A stretch of DNA of 61,674 nt from an uncultured delta proteobacterium (GCA_963843145.1 CAWJJC010000004.1:1-61674); one strand, 5' to 3'. Counted from the stretch's first letter, positions 38,727-49,545 are shown. The notes: generated from the sequence alone by a model not told the origin. A program made the numbers and translations.

Positions 38727-39209
38727 GTGAACAGCCCATTGTCGGCCCCCGATTCTCAACCGTCGCCTTCCCGGCGCCTTTTTCTAGGCCTCAGCGTCTT
38801 ATTGGGAGGCGGCTCTCTTTATCTGCTGGCCAATGGCCTGATCGCTTTCCTCGGCGCTCCGGGCTCGTCCGATCCCCCGGCCCGCTTTGTCGCCGCTACC
38901 CGGCAGGAATTGGCCCGCCTTAAAACCCCCTGGAAATATCAACGGGGCGTCTGGTTGGTGAAGGATGAAAGAGGCTGGTATGCGTTAAACAATCGCTGTA
39001 CCCATCTGGGCTGCCAGCCGGCCCTGGACCCAAAATCCGGGGAACTGCGCTGCCCCTGTCATGGCAGCCGTTTCAACCTGCAGGGTCAGGTGCTGCACGG
39101 GCCGGCAGTCAAACCCTTGTCCCGCTGGCTGCTGGTGCTGGGCCCCCGGGAAGAAATCTGGGTCGATACCCGGACCGAAGTGGACTCCGCTTTTCGCCTG
39201 CGCCTATGA
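38727..39209 (+). CDS. Rieske 2Fe-2S protein
   Basis: SRRLFL Tat-like motif, CTHLGC, CPCHGS. Confidence 0.93.
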   Translation: MNSPLSAPDSQPSPSRRLFLGLSVLLGGGSLYLLANGLIAFLGAPGSSDPPARFVAATRQELARLKTPWKYQRGVWLVKDERGWYALNNRCTHLGCQPALDPKSGELRCPCHGSRFNLQGQVLHGPAVKPLSRWLLVLGPREEIWVDTRTEVDSAFRLRL

Positions 39210-39844
39210 GTAAGAAGCCCTGGTCGGACAGTTTCTGGAAACACCTCCATCCCTCCTATTTGACGGCGGAGATGATCCGCTTTACCCATACCTTTTGTCT
39301 GGGCGGACTGACTTTTTTCCTGTTTTTGATTTTAAATGTCACCGGGTTGCTGTTGCTCTTTTATTACTTGCCTCTGGCCGATAAGGCCTACCTGTCCGTT
39401 TCCAACGTGACCTTCGTGATTCCCTTCGGCGGATTCATTCGCAGCCTTCATTACTGGGCCGGACAAACGATGGTCGTCACCCTCTTACTGCATATGATCC
39501 GGGTGTTCTATTCTCGGGCCTATCGTCCCCCCCGATCTTTGAACTGGCTGGTCGGGGTGGGTCTTTTACTCCTGACCCTGATCCTGGATTTTACCGGTTA
39601 TGCTTTGCGCTGGGACGTGGACACCTATTCCGCCACGGTAGTGGGGACTCAGATCGTCAAACAGATCCCCTGGGCCGGTTCGGCCCTTTTTCACCTGCTG
39701 GTCGGCGGGGAGCAGTTTGGAGAAACCACGGTGCTCCGCTTCTATGTGCTCCATTGTTTCTTCCTGCCGGGGGGGGTGTTCGCTCTGATTTTTTATCATT
39801 TCTGGCGGGTCAGGAAAGACGGTATGGCGCAGCAGCCGCTTTAA
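39206..39844 (+). CDS. Cytochrome b (b6-type N-terminal domain)
   Basis: CLGG, IRSLHYW, LLHMIR, FYVLH, YHFWR. Confidence 0.92.
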   Translation: MSKKPWSDSFWKHLHPSYLTAEMIRFTHTFCLGGLTFFLFLILNVTGLLLLFYYLPLADKAYLSVSNVTFVIPFGGFIRSLHYWAGQTMVVTLLLHMIRVFYSRAYRPPRSLNWLVGVGLLLLTLILDFTGYALRWDVDTYSATVVGTQIVKQIPWAGSALFHLLVGGEQFGETTVLRFYVLHCFFLPGGVFALIFYHFWRVRKDGMAQQPL

Positions 39845-39881
39845 CACCCCCCGGATGTACGAAAGGGCGTATAAACTTGAA

Positions 39882-40277
39882 TTACTTATTCGCCAGGACG
39901 GGGATTTTTTTCGATTGGATGAGGGCTTCGTCCGCCGTCACCAGAGTCAGATGATACACCAAGGCCGTAGCCCCCAGGAATCGATCCACCGGGTCCTGGT
40001 GGGGCAAATCCAACTGCCGACTTTGAATGGCCACCTGGTGATTGAAGGGGGCTTCCAAGAAAGGCAGTTTCTTAAAAACCTGATCCAGCCATTCGTCAGG
40101 ATCGGGCCGCAATTGAATCCGCCCCTTTTCATTCAAAATCAGCGCTTCCCAGGTACTGAAGGGTGAAAGCCAAAGTTCGTTCGTCTGGTCTTCCAGGGCC
40201 TGGGCCACTTTTTTTGTCAGCCGATTAGGCTCCAAAAGACTCCATAGCCAGATATGGGTATCCAGTAGCAGCTTCAT
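39882..40277 (-). CDS. vapC: VapC PIN toxin
   Basis: LLDTH, HQDPVDR, LVTAD. Confidence 0.92.
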   Translation of the reverse strand: MKLLLDTHIWLWSLLEPNRLTKKVAQALEDQTNELWLSPFSTWEALILNEKGRIQLRPDPDEWLDQVFKKLPFLEAPFNHQVAIQSRQLDLPHQDPVDRFLGATALVYHLTLVTADEALIQSKKIPVLANK

Positions 40278-40549
40278 TGCTTCAAGGCTTCCCAGTCCGC
40301 TTCAGACACTATGGGGGAAACGATATCCCCAGTGATTTTCCCGGTAGATTTGAAAGACCCCAACCAGGTGGCCGGCTTTTTTGGTTTGGGAGGAGGGACC
40401 ACCTGGGCAATCGGCTTCCCCTTTTTCGTCACCAGGATCGGCTGACCGGTCTTGTTCACTTTCTCCAGTAGGGAAAGGCAGGTGGCCTTGAATTTGGATA
40501 TGGATACAATTTCTTCCACAGGCAGACTCCCTTCCGAATTCTTTACCAT
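40274..40549 (-). CDS. Phd/YefM antitoxin
   Basis: SKFKATCLSLL, VTKKGKPIA. Confidence 0.9.
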   Translation of the reverse strand: MVKNSEGSLPVEEIVSISKFKATCLSLLEKVNKTGQPILVTKKGKPIAQVVPPPKPKKPATWLGSFKSTGKITGDIVSPIVSEADWEALKQ

Positions 40550-40608
40550 AATTTACCATGGTCATTGTCCATGGTCAATACGAAAATATTTAGAACATTC
40601 TTTTAGAT

Positions 40609-40642
40609 AAAAAAAGGGGAGAGTTCAGCCGAACTCTCCCCT
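40609..40642 (-). terminator. Terminator after secDF
   Basis: AGGGGAGAGTTC..GAACTCTCCCCT followed by a T run on minus. Confidence 0.8.
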
Positions 40643-40672
40643 GGGACAATCACCTAAAGACGGTTGCCCGGG

Positions 40673-43375
40673 CTATTTCCGCCCTTTCTTCTTTCCGCCC
40701 CTGGCCTTCTCCGGCGGTTTGGGCTTTTCGATTTTTACAGCCAACGGTTTCTCGGGCTCCGCTTTTTCCTTGATGACGGCCGGTTTTTCTCCGACCGGTT
40801 TCCGGGCTCTCCCTTTCTTCCCCGGCCAAAGGTAGACGATGGGCGAGGCCACGAAGACCGAAGAATACGTACCCACCACCACCCCGATCAGCAGGGCCAG
40901 GGCGAAATCGTGGATCACCACCCCGCCCAGGAAGAAGAGCGCGAGCAGGACCAGGAAAACCGTCATGGAGGTGATAATGGTCCGCGACAGTACTTCATTG
41001 ATGCTGAGGTTAATGATCGCCCCGAAATTTCGCCGCCCCAGACGATTCATGGTCTCCCGGATCCGGTCAAAGACCACTACCGTGTCAGTCAGGGAGTAGC
41101 CGGCCAAGGTCAAAAGGGCCGTGACGATCAGCAGGGTAATCTCCTTGTCCAGGAGATAAAATATGCCCAGGACCGCCAGGACATCGTGGAAGGTAGCGAT
41201 GGCCGCCGCTACGCCGAAACGGAATTCAAAACGCCAGGCCAGATAAAGGATAATCCCGACCAGGGAAATGAGGATGGCGATTAAAGCGGCTTTTTTCAGG
41301 GCGGCGCTTACCGAGGACCCGATTTCCGCCTTGCTCTCCAGAACGAATTTGAGTTCGGGAAAATCCTCCTGCAGGGCCTTCCCGATGGCGTCCGCTTCCT
41401 TGGTCACCATTTTTTCCGTTTTTTTGACCCGCACCATGAGGATATTTTCGTTGGCCACCTGCTGCAGTTCGAAATCTTTGAACCCCCGCTGGATCAGGGC
41501 ACTTCGGACCTTGTCCAGGCGGAAAGACTGCTGGGCCTTGAATTGGGCCATGGTGCCGCCTCCGAATTCCACACCCAGGTTGGCTTCCCCGCGGTTGATC
41601 TGCACAAAGGCAATCAGCCCCAGGAGGACCAATATTCCGGAAACGATAAAGGCGTACTTCCTCCAAGCGATAAAATCAAACTTGGATTTTTTTATGAATT
41701 CCACAAAATGCAGCGGCTTGAGGCGCCGTTTGAGGCTCAAATAATCGTAAATGACCCGGGTACAAAAAAGTGCCGTAAAAAGGTTAAAAATAACACCGAT
41801 GCTTAAGGTGACGGCAAACCCTTTGATGGGACCGGACCCGAAAAGGAACAAGGCGAAAGCGGTGATCAGGGTGGTCACGTGCGAGTCGATAATGGTCCAG
41901 AAGGCCTTATCGTAGCCCCCGTCCACGCCCGATTTGACCGGTTTGCCGGCCTTAAACTCCTCCCGCATCCGCTCGAAGATCAGGACGTTGGAGTCCACGG
42001 CCATACCGATGGAGAGGATGACCCCGGCGATCCCGGGCAAGGTCAGGGTGGCCCGGAAAAGGCTCATGGCCGCCATCATAAACACGACGTTGAAAATCAT
42101 CGCCAGGTTGGCCACAATCCCTGAAAATCGGTAATAATACATCATGAACAGTACCACCAGGGCCGTGCCCACCAGGCCGGAAAGGAGCCCCTTCTGGATC
42201 GAGTCCAGTCCCAGGGAAGGCCCGACGGTCACGTTCTGGACGATTTGCACCGGCGCCGGCAAGGCCCCGGCCCGCAGGACAATGGCCAGATCCGCGGCTT
42301 CATCGGGGGTGAAGGAACCGGTGATCTGAGCCTGACCGCCGGATATCCGCTCCTGAATGACCGGCGCCGATTGAACAATCTGGTCCAGGATGATGGCCAA
42401 CTGGCGGTGCACGTTGTCCTTGGTCACCTGGTCAAAAACCCGGGTTCCGTGGGCATTCAGCTCCACGCTCACGTGAGGCTCATTAAAATTACCGCCGAAC
42501 TGGACCGAAGCGGTTTTAATGGCCGCCCCGGTCATCAGGGACTTGCTGAACAGCAGCACCGGTTGCTTGCTGACCCGGCCCGTTTCCTTGTCGAGTTCTT
42601 TCCGGATATATATTTCCCGTTCCGGAGGAATTCGATCAGCTAAAACCTGATTCAATTCGGCATGGGAATAATCCTTCTTCAATCGTCCGTTGTTGACGGC
42701 CTCGTCAATCAAGGCCCGGAGATCCAGTTTGGTCTCCGAGTCCACCAGCTTAAATTCCAACTGCGCGGTCTTGCCGATCAGGTCCAAGGCCCGCTGCGGG
42801 TCCTTGACCCCCGGCAACTGAACCACCATCTCATCCGCTCCCTGGCGGACAATGACCGGTTCGGTAACCCCAAACTGATCGATTCGGTTGCGGATAATTT
42901 CCAGACTCTGGGAGAGGGCGTTCTCCCGAATGGAACTGATTTCCTTGTCCTTCAAGGAGAATTCAACCTGGAGACCCGCCGGCTGCTGGCCGGTGGACTG
43001 GATGGTGATTCCGGGGAATTCCTCCTTAATGGCGCTCTGGAGGTTCGGCAGTTGCTCCGGGTTGGGCAGGATAAAGACCATGCGGTTGAATCCCCGGGTC
43101 TCTCCTTTACTGATCGGAATCTGTTTCTTCCGTAACGTTTCCCGAAGGTCCTGCTGCATCAAATCCAGTTGGTTGCTGACCGCCTTGTCCAGGTCCACCT
43201 TGAGAATCAGGTGCATGCCGCCCTGGAGGTCCAGGCCTAAACGAAGTCCCTCGGCGGGCAGGACCTTCCCCCACCAGGAGGGAAGGTTCTTGGTAACCAA
43301 AGGCAGCAAGATAAGAACGGACAGCCCGAGGAGAACGGCGATGAGGGTGAATTTCCAGCGAATCTTTCTTAGCAT
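40673..43375 (-). CDS. secDF: Fused SecDF translocase subunit
   Basis: LGLDLQGG, LRAGALP, AVDSN, HDV, GYSLTDTVVVFDRIRE. Confidence 0.95.
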   Translation of the reverse strand: MLRKIRWKFTLIAVLLGLSVLILLPLVTKNLPSWWGKVLPAEGLRLGLDLQGGMHLILKVDLDKAVSNQLDLMQQDLRETLRKKQIPISKGETRGFNRMVFILPNPEQLPNLQSAIKEEFPGITIQSTGQQPAGLQVEFSLKDKEISSIRENALSQSLEIIRNRIDQFGVTEPVIVRQGADEMVVQLPGVKDPQRALDLIGKTAQLEFKLVDSETKLDLRALIDEAVNNGRLKKDYSHAELNQVLADRIPPEREIYIRKELDKETGRVSKQPVLLFSKSLMTGAAIKTASVQFGGNFNEPHVSVELNAHGTRVFDQVTKDNVHRQLAIILDQIVQSAPVIQERISGGQAQITGSFTPDEAADLAIVLRAGALPAPVQIVQNVTVGPSLGLDSIQKGLLSGLVGTALVVLFMMYYYRFSGIVANLAMIFNVVFMMAAMSLFRATLTLPGIAGVILSIGMAVDSNVLIFERMREEFKAGKPVKSGVDGGYDKAFWTIIDSHVTTLITAFALFLFGSGPIKGFAVTLSIGVIFNLFTALFCTRVIYDYLSLKRRLKPLHFVEFIKKSKFDFIAWRKYAFIVSGILVLLGLIAFVQINRGEANLGVEFGGGTMAQFKAQQSFRLDKVRSALIQRGFKDFELQQVANENILMVRVKKTEKMVTKEADAIGKALQEDFPELKFVLESKAEIGSSVSAALKKAALIAILISLVGIILYLAWRFEFRFGVAAAIATFHDVLAVLGIFYLLDKEITLLIVTALLTLAGYSLTDTVVVFDRIRETMNRLGRRNFGAIINLSINEVLSRTIITSMTVFLVLLALFFLGGVVIHDFALALLIGVVVGTYSSVFVASPIVYLWPGKKGRARKPVGEKPAVIKEKAEPEKPLAVKIEKPKPPEKARGGKKKGRK

Positions 43376-43707
43376 AGCATCAACCTTTTACTCTTGGATT
43401 TTATTAGAACCTCGTTCAGAAGAACTTCTATTTTGTTTGATTTAAAACTTTTTTTTTTGACACTAATCAGTTGAAAAGTCAAGCGTTTATTTTCTTTTGC
43501 CGGCTAACCTTGAAAACGGCTTGGGTTTAAGCGGATTTAAGGTTCAAAAATACAAAATTCGCCTGTTTTACCGCGGTCGGGCCACGGCGGTGAAACTTTG
43601 TTGGACAAATGGCCGTTTTTTTGTTAATTTATAATGTTTAAGCTTGGATTCTCAATCCTCGCGGGTGCCCGGCGAAGCTTGAGAATATTTTGGTTAGCCA
43701 ACGGTTC

Positions 43708-43785
43708 GTCATTCCGGCGAACGCCGGAATCCAGGGCAATGAAAGTCCTTTTGTTACCTGGATCCCGGATCGAGTCCGGGATGAC
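43708..43785. repeat. REP-like palindrome doublet
   Basis: GTCATTCCGGCGAACGCCGGAATCCA ... TGGATCCCGGATCGAGTCCGGGATGAC. Confidence 0.8.
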
Positions 43786-43863
43786 GGCAAAAACAAAACG
43801 CCTAAAAAGCGGTGATCCATTCCATTCTCGTATTAAGACTAAGAATCTGCCAGGTAATTGCCC

Positions 43864-45166
43864 ATGGCCCTTCAAGCGTTAAAAGGATTTAAGGATGTGC
43901 TTCCCGGGGAAAGCGAGAAATGGGCTTTTCTGGAACAGACCGCCCGAAAAATCTTTCAAAATTACGGATACGCGGAAATAAAGACTCCCATTCTGGAAAA
44001 AACGGAGCTCTTCGCCCGGACCATTGGGGCGGCCACCGACATCGTCGAAAAGGAGATGTACACCTTCGCCGACCGCAGCGGGGAATCGGTCACTCTGCGG
44101 CCGGAGGCCACCGCCTCAGTCCTGCGGGCCTTTATCGAGCACCATCTCCATACCCGGCAGAGCCTGCAGAAGCTCTTCAGCGTCGGCCCCATGTTCCGTC
44201 ACGAGCGCCCCCAGAAAGGGCGCCTGCGGCAGTTTCATCAAATTAACGCCGAATGCCTGGGCTCGGCCGGACCCTATACCGATGCCGAGATTATCTTGCT
44301 GCTGATCCAAATCCTCAAAGCCTTCGGGTTGGCCGATCTTCGCCTGCGCTTGAATTCCCTGGGCTGCCCGGCCTGCCGGCCCTCCTTCAGTTCCGCGCTC
44401 CAGAATTTCTTCGAGGACCGAAAAGGGTCCTTTTGCGAGGACTGCCGACGCCGGATCGCGACCAATCCTCTGCGGGTCTTCGACTGCAAGGTGGAGCGCT
44501 GCCAGAATTTTTTGCAGGAGGCGCCGATCCTCCCGGACTTCTGCTGCCCGGACTGCCGAGACCACTTTGCGCGCGTACAAGAATTGATATCCCCCTGGGA
44601 CGTCCCGGTCCAACTCGACCCCAGGCTGGTCCGGGGCTTGGATTATTACTGCCGAACCACTTTTGAAGTCAGCGCCGTTCACCTCGGCGCCCAGGATGCC
44701 GTGGCCGGCGGCGGACGCTATGACGGACTCTTGAAGACCCTGGGCGGGCCGGATCTTCCGGCCATTGGTTTCGCCATCGGGGTGGAGCGGGCGGCGCTCC
44801 TCCTCGGAGGGGATCAACAATGGGAGACCGATCCCTTTGTTTTTTTCGCCGCCCTGGGGGAAGACGCCCGCCGCCAGGCCTTCCAATGGGTGCAGTCCCT
44901 GCGTGATACAAGGGATCTCCGCCGAGATGGAACCGGAGGAGAAAAGCCTTAAAAGCCAGTTTCGCCGAGCGGACAAATTGCGGGCCCGCTTTGTAGTCAT
45001 CCTGGGAACGGAAGAACTGGAAAAAAGCCTGGCCATTGTGCGGATCATGGAAAATAAATCCCAGGAGGAAGTGCCCTTAAGCGAATTGGTGGATTATTTT
45101 ACCCTTAAGCACAAAAAGGAGAGAAATTTTGCCCCATCAGGATCACCCCTGGCGGCGGACCCATGA
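43864..45166 (+). CDS. hisS: Histidyl-tRNA synthetase; apparent +1 frameshift near 44905
   Basis: LRPEAT, FRHERPQKGR, LVRGLDYY, GGRYD; anticodon domain (KSQFRRADK) in the next frame. Confidence 0.93.
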
Positions 45167-46910
45167 TTGCGGGTCCCTGAGCCTTAAAGACATTGGACAA
45201 AACGTAACCCTGGCCGGCTGGGTGGATACCCGCCGCGACCACGGGGGCTTAATATTTATCGATCTCCGCGACCGGGCCGGGATTACCCAGGTAGTTTTTA
45301 ATCCCGAGACCAATCCCCAGGCCCACCAGGAGGCCCATCAACTGCGGAACGAATTTGTCCTGACCATCCGGGGCCTGGTCCGCGGAAGGCCGGAGGGGAT
45401 GACCAACTCCAATTTAAAAACCGGTGAAATCGAGGTGCTGGTTCAGGAATACCGCCTGCTCAATACCTCCAAAACCCCGCCTTTTTCTTTAGAGGACTCG
45501 GCCGAGGTTTCCGAGGCCGTCCGCCTGCGCTACCGGTATCTGGACCTGCGGCGGCCGTCCCTGCAAAAAAATTTCCTTTTCCGCCACCGGGTTATTCAAT
45601 TCGTGCGCCAATTTCTGAACCAGCGGGGTTTGGTGGATATCGAGACTCCCTTCCTGACCAAAAGCACCCCTGAAGGCGCCCGGGATTATCTGGTACCCAG
45701 CCGGGTGCAAGCGGGAAAATTTTACGCCCTGCCCCAGTCCCCCCAACTGTTCAAACAGCTCCTGATGGTGGCCGGTTTTGACCGCTATTACCAGGTGGTG
45801 CGCTGTTTTCGGGATGAAGACCTGCGGGCCGACCGGCAGCCGGAATTCACCCAGTTGGATATGGAGTTTTCCTTTATCGAGGAAGAAGAAATTATTGAGT
45901 TAATTGAGGAGCTGATCGTTCAGCTCTTCACCGAAACCCTGGGAATCACGGTTAACCGCCCCTTCGGGCGTCTTTCTTACCACCAGGCCATGAACCTTTA
46001 CGGAACGGATCGCCCGGACCTGCGCTTCGGGCTGCCCCTGAAGGACCTGACCCCCCTGGTTAAGGATTCAGGGGCCAAGGTTTTTGCCGAGGCCGCCCAG
46101 AAGGGCGGGTGCGTGAAAGCCATCCGGGTACCGGGTGGCGGGGCCTTCTCCCGGAAGGAACTGGACGACCTGGTGGCCCTGGCCATGAGCTGGGGGGCCA
46201 AGGGATTGGCCTGGTCCAAGATCAACCCCGAGGGCTGGCAATCCCCTCTGGCAAAATTCTTAACCGAGGAGGAACGCCGGGCCATCAATCAGGCCCTGGA
46301 AGCCGAGCCGGGAGACTTGCTCCTCTTCCAGGCCGATATTCCGGCCGTGGTGCACGAGGTGCTGGGAAAAGTCCGCTTGCACCTGGGCCCCAAAATCACC
46401 CCGCCGCGTCCGGATCAGTATGAATTCACCTGGGTCGATCAATTCCCCCTGGTGGAATACCGGACGGAGGAAGGCCGCTATGGAGCCGTCCATCATCCGT
46501 TCACCGCCCCGCTGGAAGAAGATCTTCTCCGGCTGGAAACCAGCCCGGAGACCGTCCGCTCCCGAGCTTATGACCTGGTGCTGAACGGCAGCGAAATCGG
46601 GGGCGGCAGCATCCGAATCCACCAGCGTGCCCTGCAGGAACGTGTTTTCAAGGTATTGAATATTTCTTCTGAGGAAGCGGAGGAAAAGTTCGGTTTTCTC
46701 CTGGAAGCCCTGGAACTGGGGGCACCGCCCCACGGGGGCATTGCCTTCGGCCTGGACCGGCTGGTCATGCTGATGACCGGGGCCGGCTCCCTGAGGGAAG
46801 TCATCGCCTTTCCCAAAACCCAGAAGGCCGTCTGTCTGTTGACCAACGCCCCCTCGACCGTCGACCGGATCCAGTTGAATGAACTGGGACTCCGGTTGGA
46901 CGTGAAGTGA
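45129..46910 (+). CDS. aspS: Aspartyl-tRNA synthetase
   Basis: RRDHGG, TPEGARDY, FRDEDLRADRQPEF, PPHGGIAFGLDR. Confidence 0.96.
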   Translation: MPHQDHPWRRTHDCGSLSLKDIGQNVTLAGWVDTRRDHGGLIFIDLRDRAGITQVVFNPETNPQAHQEAHQLRNEFVLTIRGLVRGRPEGMTNSNLKTGEIEVLVQEYRLLNTSKTPPFSLEDSAEVSEAVRLRYRYLDLRRPSLQKNFLFRHRVIQFVRQFLNQRGLVDIETPFLTKSTPEGARDYLVPSRVQAGKFYALPQSPQLFKQLLMVAGFDRYYQVVRCFRDEDLRADRQPEFTQLDMEFSFIEEEEIIELIEELIVQLFTETLGITVNRPFGRLSYHQAMNLYGTDRPDLRFGLPLKDLTPLVKDSGAKVFAEAAQKGGCVKAIRVPGGGAFSRKELDDLVALAMSWGAKGLAWSKINPEGWQSPLAKFLTEEERRAINQALEAEPGDLLLFQADIPAVVHEVLGKVRLHLGPKITPPRPDQYEFTWVDQFPLVEYRTEEGRYGAVHHPFTAPLEEDLLRLETSPETVRSRAYDLVLNGSEIGGGSIRIHQRALQERVFKVLNISSEEAEEKFGFLLEALELGAPPHGGIAFGLDRLVMLMTGAGSLREVIAFPKTQKAVCLLTNAPSTVDRIQLNELGLRLDVK

Positions 46911-46945
46911 TCTTTACCTCCGAAATTTGAAAAAGGTAATTTCTC

Positions 46946-47027
46946 GTCATCCCCGAGGCCTTAGTCGGGGATCCATTGTTCCTCAAGAAAAGCATGGATT
47001 CCCGCTCAGAAACGCTGCGGGAATGAC
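46946..47027. repeat. REP-like palindrome doublet
   Basis: GTCATCCCCGA..TCGGGGATCCA ... TGGATTCCCGC..GCGGGAATGAC. Confidence 0.8.
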
Positions 47028-47077
47028 GATTTGTGATTTATGACCATTTATGACCAAAAATACATTAGGAGTAAATT

Positions 47078-48907
47078 ATGGCCCGCTGGAATCCCATCAA
47101 AAAGGTCCTGGACCACGAACATACCCGCTTCTGGCAGTATGATCTGAAAAATATTTCCGAGCCCAACCTCCAAAGGGATGTTTTCCCCTACGAGGAAGTC
47201 TGCCGGATTGACTTCGATCACAAGTTCATACCCATCGACCCGCCCGATGAGCTCTGGATCACCGACACCACCTTTCGGGACGGCCAGCAGGCCCGGCCCC
47301 CTTATTCGGTGGAACAGATCCTTCATATTTTTGATTTCCTCAGCCGCCTTTCCGGCCCCCGGGGGGTAATCCGCCAAACCGAATTTTTCCTGTACAGCGA
47401 TCGGGATAAGGCAGCGGTTCGGCGTTGCCAGGAAAGAGACGTCCCCTATCCGGAGATTACCGGCTGGATCCGGGCCCACCCCAAAGACCTGGAACTGGTT
47501 CAGGAGATGGGCCTCAAGGAAACCGGGATCCTGACCTCGGTCTCCGATTATCATATTTTTTACAAGCTCAACCTCGACCGGCCCAAGGCGCTGGACCAAT
47601 ACCTGGAAATCGTCAACCGGGCACTGGACCTGGGGATAGCCCCCCGCTGCCACTTTGAAGACATCACCCGGGCCGATATCTACGGTTTTTGCATTCCCTT
47701 TGCTATCGAGCTCATGAAACTGCGGGAGTCCTCGGGCATCGACATCAAGATCCGCCTCTGTGACACCATGGGCTACGGGGTTACCTATCCCGGGACCGCC
47801 CTGCCCCGGAGCGTGCCCCGACTGGTCCGGGCCATGATCGAAGATGCCGGGGTGCCCGGCAACCTGCTGGAATGGCACGGGCATAACGATTTTCACAAGG
47901 GTTTTATCAACGCCACCACCGCCTGGCTCTACGGCTGTGCCGCCATCAACGGCGCCCTGTTGGGATTCGGGGAACGGACCGGCAATACCCCCATCGAAGG
48001 GCTGCTGATCGAATATATCAGCCTCCTGGGCCGGAATAACGGCATCAACACCCGGGTGATCACCGAGATGGCGGATTATTTTGAAAAAGAAATCCATTTC
48101 CAGATTCCCCCCAATTATCCCTTTGTGGGGACGGATTTCAATGCCACCAGCGCCGGGATCCACGCCGACGGTCTGATCAAGAACGAGGAGATATACAATA
48201 TCTTTAACACCGCGAAGATCTTAGACCGCCCGATCAGTATCATTATTACCGATAAATCCGGAACCGCGGGGATCGTCCACTGGCTCAACAAGCACCTCAA
48301 CCTGACCGGTTCCAAAACGATTTCCAAGAACCATCCGGGGGTTCATAGAATATACAAGTGGGTCATGCGGCAATACGAAGAAGGCCGGGTAACCTCCCTC
48401 TCCTCTCAGGAAATGATGCGGGCCAGCCGGAAATACCTGCCCGAATATTTCCTGTCGGAATTTGATGCCCTGAAACAGAAGGCCTACCAACTGGCCTATC
48501 ACATCGTGGAAGAGATCCTGGAACAGGAGGCGGTCCGGTCTCTGAATCCCGTTCAGCAGGAACCGGTGATGGAAAATTTTATCGAGCTCAATCCCTTCAT
48601 CCAGTTTATTTATGTCATCGACCTGGAAGGGAAAAAGATCACGAAAAACATCACCCGCATCGTGGACCGGGCCAAGTATCAGGTGATCAAAGTGGATGAG
48701 GATTTTTCCGGGCGTTCCTGGTTCACCCAGCCCATCAAGGACGGCAAGATTTTTGTCTCCGATTTCTATACCTCCCGCATCACCGGGGCACTGTGCATCA
48801 CCGTTTCCGGCCCGATTCGTAACCCGGAGGAGGATATCGTCGGGATACTGGGGATCGATCTCAAATTCGAAGACCTGGTCAAAATGGAACAGGAAGGGGA
48901 AATCTAA
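47078..48907 (+). CDS. DRE-TIM metallolyase, Re-citrate-synthase-like, with C-terminal PDC/Cache-like domain
   Basis: DTTFRDGQQ, HGHNDF, GERTGN, GIHADG; C-terminal FSGRSWF..YTSRITG..ITVSGPI. Confidence 0.8.
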   Translation: MARWNPIKKVLDHEHTRFWQYDLKNISEPNLQRDVFPYEEVCRIDFDHKFIPIDPPDELWITDTTFRDGQQARPPYSVEQILHIFDFLSRLSGPRGVIRQTEFFLYSDRDKAAVRRCQERDVPYPEITGWIRAHPKDLELVQEMGLKETGILTSVSDYHIFYKLNLDRPKALDQYLEIVNRALDLGIAPRCHFEDITRADIYGFCIPFAIELMKLRESSGIDIKIRLCDTMGYGVTYPGTALPRSVPRLVRAMIEDAGVPGNLLEWHGHNDFHKGFINATTAWLYGCAAINGALLGFGERTGNTPIEGLLIEYISLLGRNNGINTRVITEMADYFEKEIHFQIPPNYPFVGTDFNATSAGIHADGLIKNEEIYNIFNTAKILDRPISIIITDKSGTAGIVHWLNKHLNLTGSKTISKNHPGVHRIYKWVMRQYEEGRVTSLSSQEMMRASRKYLPEYFLSEFDALKQKAYQLAYHIVEEILEQEAVRSLNPVQQEPVMENFIELNPFIQFIYVIDLEGKKITKNITRIVDRAKYQVIKVDEDFSGRSWFTQPIKDGKIFVSDFYTSRITGALCITVSGPIRNPEEDIVGILGIDLKFEDLVKMEQEGEI

Positions 48908-48919
48908 ATAACTTTCTTC

Positions 48920-48950
48920 TTGACAAGGGTTCGAAAATCCCGCTAAATGT
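48920..48950 (+). promoter_or_regulatory. Possible sigma70 promoter
   Basis: TTGACA followed about 17-18 bp later by CTAAAT. Confidence 0.4.
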
Positions 48951-49130
48951 CCCTGATATCTACCCAAAAAAGGATTGAAGCCCCGTGCGCCAAAAGGCCG
49001 GGCCCCTTCAATCACCAAAGTTTTTTCGAGTCCGCCGAACCGACCATCCGCCAAAAGCGGAGGAGGCGCGGCGCTCGAACCCTGATTTTCAACTGCCTAT
49101 AAATAAACTAAACTAAAGGAGGATGGTATT

Positions 49131-49343
49131 GTGGCGGAAATAACAGCCCCCATGGCGGGGAAAGTGATTGATATTAAAGTGAGTATCGGTGATGCGGTCC
49201 AGGAGGACGACGAAGTGGCCATCATCGAGGCCATGAAAATGGAAATGCCGATTTTAACCTACACCGGCGGCACGGTAAAAGAGATCAAAGTGGAAAAAGG
49301 GTCCTCAGTGGAGGCCGATCAGGTCATCATAATTATCGAGTGA
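49131..49343 (+). CDS. Biotin carboxyl carrier protein
   Basis: APMAGKV, EAMKME. Confidence 0.93.
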   Translation: MAEITAPMAGKVIDIKVSIGDAVQEDDEVAIIEAMKMEMPILTYTGGTVKEIKVEKGSSVEADQVIIIIE

Positions 49344-49355
49344 AATTCCCCTGCG

Positions 49356-49392
49356 AAAGGGTTGAGATGAAGGCTATCTCAACCCTTTTTTG
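49356..49392 (+). terminator. Rho-independent terminator
   Basis: AAAGGGTTGAGAT..ATCTCAACCCTTTTTT. Confidence 0.8.
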
Positions 49393-49545
49393 TTTTATCA
49401 TAAGCCAAAAATTGTTGAAATTTTTGGCTGAAATAAAAGACCCATAATCAGAAGTAACGATGGTTCCGGTTTAATTGTTTCAGATAAACTCTCAGAAAAA
49501 ATGGATATACGCATCTAATTAAAGTTAAAGTCCGGGGTGGTCGCT

